Assembly: GCA_025201805.1 (NCBI GenBank)
Contig: MU619251.1
Coordinates: 248,001-312,000, forward strand
Source: Parasitella parasitica NRRL 2501
Taxonomy: Eukaryota > Fungi > Mucoromycota
Length of the DNA stretch: 64,000 nt
Reading direction: 5' to 3'
Shown: positions 60,754 through 64,000 of the stretch, piece by piece
Numbering within the stretch: the first letter of the stretch is position 1
How the letters are laid out: each line of letters starts with the position of its first letter
Position numbers and translations under genes: made by a program
Notes under the pieces: generated by a model
The model's database searches: none
Told to the model about the DNA's origin: nothing
Seen by the model: only the letters and a program-made list of their open reading frames with translations

Positions 60754-62342
60754 CTAAATATACAGTGTTGCAGGTGCATTTGTTGTTTTGATGCTGATCT
60801 CAATGTTGGACTTGATGCCAAGTTTCTTGCATCTTCCTTCCTTTTTACTTTTTTCATCTGTTTCAAACCAAAGCTCACAGCTTTCACTGTCTTTAGCCAC
60901 CACAGACGCGGACGCATTTGAATTAGTCTTGACTGAAAAGTAACCAGAAAAGCTTCTTGGTAAGTGAACATTGACAGGCGCATTTGATGATTCAATTTCA
61001 ACAGTAGCAGAATTACTCGCAATATCATTGATGTGGATTTCGATAGATGCATTGCAGGTTTTAGTATACATCTCAGAGCCTACATTCACGGCATTCAAGA
61101 GAATGGGAGCATTCTTGCTCTTGAGGTCAATACGTTTTGCTTCGATAATACCGTCGTATCGAAGAGGTGCATTGGTTGTAGAGATCTTTAATTCCTTGGT
61201 ACTGATGGAGGAGCCTTGTAGGGTGAACACGCCGTTGGTTGTCTTCACTGTAATTGCGTTCGTTGCCATTAATTGACCCTGCACCGTTATGTTGGCATTG
61301 GTGGTTTCTAGGTTGATTGTATGAGATGCTGTTAATGAACCTTGAACGCTGAGATGGCCGTTCGATGTTTGTATCGAGCACTCTAAACCACTCCAGCTAT
61401 GATCAAAAGTAACCGGTTTGTTAGAATCTTTGATAAAGAGCTTTCCGGAATCTTGGTATGAGGAAGAAGAACAACCATATTCTTGACGAGGTTGATGAGG
61501 TTGATGAGGTTGATGAGGTTGATGAGGTTGATGAGGTTGGTGAGGTTGATAAGGCTGGTGGCTGCTGCTACCATAGTCGCTGCTCTTGCGATCAGAGCAA
61601 GCCCGTCCTTCTTGACACATAGTAGCCTCGCGTTGTTCTAGCTTTATTTCTCTTTGCTGACATTTTGCATCCTTACGAAGGCTTCTGGCTCGCATACGCT
61701 CATCTCGTTTTTCCATTTTAGAATTCATATAATTTTCTACCATACCCATTGCTGCTCTGCAAGAGTCAGATGCGGAACGAGCAGAGCTGGAAGCGATACT
61801 GGTAGCATGGCCAACAGAGCCTAGAGCAGCACCTGTTGCGAACGATGTTGCTCCAATTGCATGATTTGTCGTGTATCCCACAATATTACTTGCTAGACCG
61901 ATCACGTTGCCAATTGGCCCTCGATTAAGATCGTAGCCAAATCCTTTGATATTGATTCCACCGAGATACTGTGGTGTGTAACTATCGTTGCTTGGTGCTT
62001 TACCTTTTCTATCGAAAGAACTGTTGCCGTTGTTACCCAGAAAACCATGTTGTTGATGCACTGTGCTGTGATCGGTAGGAGAAGGATGATATGGTGATGG
62101 AACCGAACTGTTGAAGGCTTCATTAGTTCTTGATGCAGTTGAGGGCGCTTCCTGATATTGATTCGGTGATTGATGGCTACATGATAAAGATGCTTGAGAT
62201 GCTGTATCCGAAACCGTATATGGTGGAGGTGGATCACTGTTATGGTTTAGCTGATTGTCAAAGCCCTTCGATTTAAATATAATACTTACTGAAAATCTTT
62301 GTCTAGTTTAATGGGAGAAGATGAAGGTTCTTTAATAGGCAT
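60754..62342 (-). CDS. DUF4097 domain protein with PPxY motif and QPH repeats, no clear TM
   Basis: Exon 1 MPIKEPSSSPIKLDKDF (62342-62290), then exon 2 from 62237 with DPPPPYTV. Repeated IQTSNGHL / LETTNANI / VKTTNGVF / ISTTNAPL units. Confidence 0.85.
61491..61556 (-). repeat. 9-bp tandem repeat encoding (QPH)n
   Basis: About 7 copies of tgatgaggt on the + strand, encoding QPYQPHQPHQPHQPHQPHQPHQPRQ. Confidence 0.9.
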
Positions 62343-64000
62343 GTTGTTGATGAGCAGTGTGCAAATTACCTGACATTTTTTCTGCTCTTTTTATACCGCA
62401 AGAGGATAAAGAAGATATTCAATTGCTTGGCGTACAAAGACTTGACAAACCTCTATGCAAAATGACTGACTGTTGTTTGTTGCTGAGCAGCATTTCAGCC
62501 AATGTAGTGGTAACCATCTGTTTATATTCGGCCAATAGTCTCCAAAAAAGGAAGATGATTTGGCCTTGACTTTACTATAACGCTCTACTACACAACATCG
62601 CATTGTTAAGCAAAGCGCCACTTGGTACACCATCCCTTGACAGCAGATATCCAATGCAATATCAAGTTTCAAACTGTTGTAAAATGCCATGAAATGAAAT
62701 GCGTTAGTGGAACTAAATCTGTACCAAACGTTGATACATAACCAATAGATGCAATCATTTTTTTTTTTTCACTTTTGATCCTCTTTAAACAGTCTGTTCA
62801 TTCTATACTCATTGTTAAATTCATCTAGCAAATACACAGTAAACGTGGCGCTGGTTATAAACAATAGGTAATTGTACAGTACCTTGATATCACATAATGG
62901 TCTATTCTCCAATCAGCTGCTTACCTTATTTTGTATTGGTCTGGGAAATTATAATACATTGAAGCTCACGCGTCTTTTTTTTTTCCACAAAGTTGGAAAT
63001 ACGCTAATGCATTAAAAACATCGTATGAATGATATTTATATAGCACAATAAAGCTGTTTTCTTTTTATACATGTGTACAGATTTGATAGAAGATATTGTA
63101 TGTTTACAAATAAACACGCAAAATTCCGTAGAGCATAAACCAGGACCGTGCAGGGCGCTTGTTTATTTTATGGCAGAGATTACCATCGCATCGGGAATCA
63201 ATGATACGACTTTTGATTGCTATTGTGTCAGATCGTCAGGAATGTATAAATATATACGACATTGTGGTTAGCCCTTCATTAACAGAGGCCAACATAAGAA
63301 GAATATGTTAACACTTTTTCGGTTATATCTTGATATGATATTTACAATCTGAAATTACTATCTTTGCATATGAAATCTGGAGAGGATCTGATAAGAGATA
63401 TTGTGCAACCATTAGACGAAGATTGTTATTACCTATCCATTTACTGAAAAATGATGAGCCATGCGGATGGAGGAGAAAACTTAAAGATAATGCAAAAATC
63501 AAACGTGTGAACTTTGAACCTTAAAACAGCTTCAAATCTGTTACTCTGAGACGGAGCAGCGAATACATGTATACATAACATATAAATGAAACTGACGAAG
63601 AATACTATGCGGTACAATAAGAACCGTAGCGAGCCAAAACAGCCATGTGCCTTGCCAGACGAAGAGAAATGGCGGCCCTTTGCTTAGTTGCCATGCATTG
63701 ATAACATTTACCCCCCCCTCCCCAAAAAAATTATCGTATCAATTTCGTCTTCCTGGGTCTCTGCCAATAAGAATCAAAGATTTTTGCTCTTTCCACTTGG
63801 ATATTCTCACTGTCCTGCGTTATGTGCATGTATATTTTGTTGGGTTTATGAAATGCTACAATTTTAGACTAGTGTAGAGGACAGGGCGATGAAGCCCCGC
63901 TGATATCATAGCTTTGGCATGCGTTTTGATTGCACCATGGCTAATTGATGATGTACATATAAAATTATTAGAGTACTGTATACCAGAATGGCGTCGTAGT

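Noticed and set aside
61491-61556. Short direct repeats as a CRISPR-like array
   Set aside because: 9-bp units with no spacers, in frame in a CDS (QPH repeats). No CRISPR array was seen in the window.
63860-63960. GC-richer hairpin-like stretch with TGATGA and CTGA words (snoRNA or riboswitch?)
   Set aside because: Box order does not fit a C/D snoRNA, there is no TPP consensus, and it is too near the window edge to judge.

Overview
Intron-rich, AT-rich eukaryotic genomic DNA from a fungus. Gene content, short GT-AG introns and protein style point to Mucorales (inference). About 27 protein-coding genes were rebuilt by hand from the ORF track and splice sites: C2H2 TF, NUDT19-like Nudix hydrolase, STE20/PAK kinase, questin-oxidase-like protein, propionyl-CoA carboxylase beta, RPA2-like, signal-peptide-peptidase-like, DUF4536, CWC2, FTase/GGTase-I alpha, nitrilase, ARG8, DUF4112, Pex24p-family peroxin, mitochondrial NAD carrier, MutL (PMS1-type), ankyrin protein, GET4, LONRF, O-fucosyltransferase-like, FYRN/FYRC protein, two tandem DUF4097 genes and a few hypothetical ORFs. 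There are three mobile-element loci: a Tc1/mariner element with 87-bp TIRs and TA duplications spanning an assembly gap (37424-38881), a decayed Ty3/Gypsy relic (~55380-57530), and a region the ORF track misses, a decayed and internally deleted Fanzor/TnpB-like RNA-guided nuclease gene (46559-47737). That gene is followed by a structured candidate omegaRNA scaffold with a cUUCGg hairpin (47700-47860). Several genes look like catalytically altered paralogs: SPP with GLGE, questin oxidase lacking its His motifs, and MutL lacking the endonuclease motif. All family assignments come from motif recognition, not database searches.
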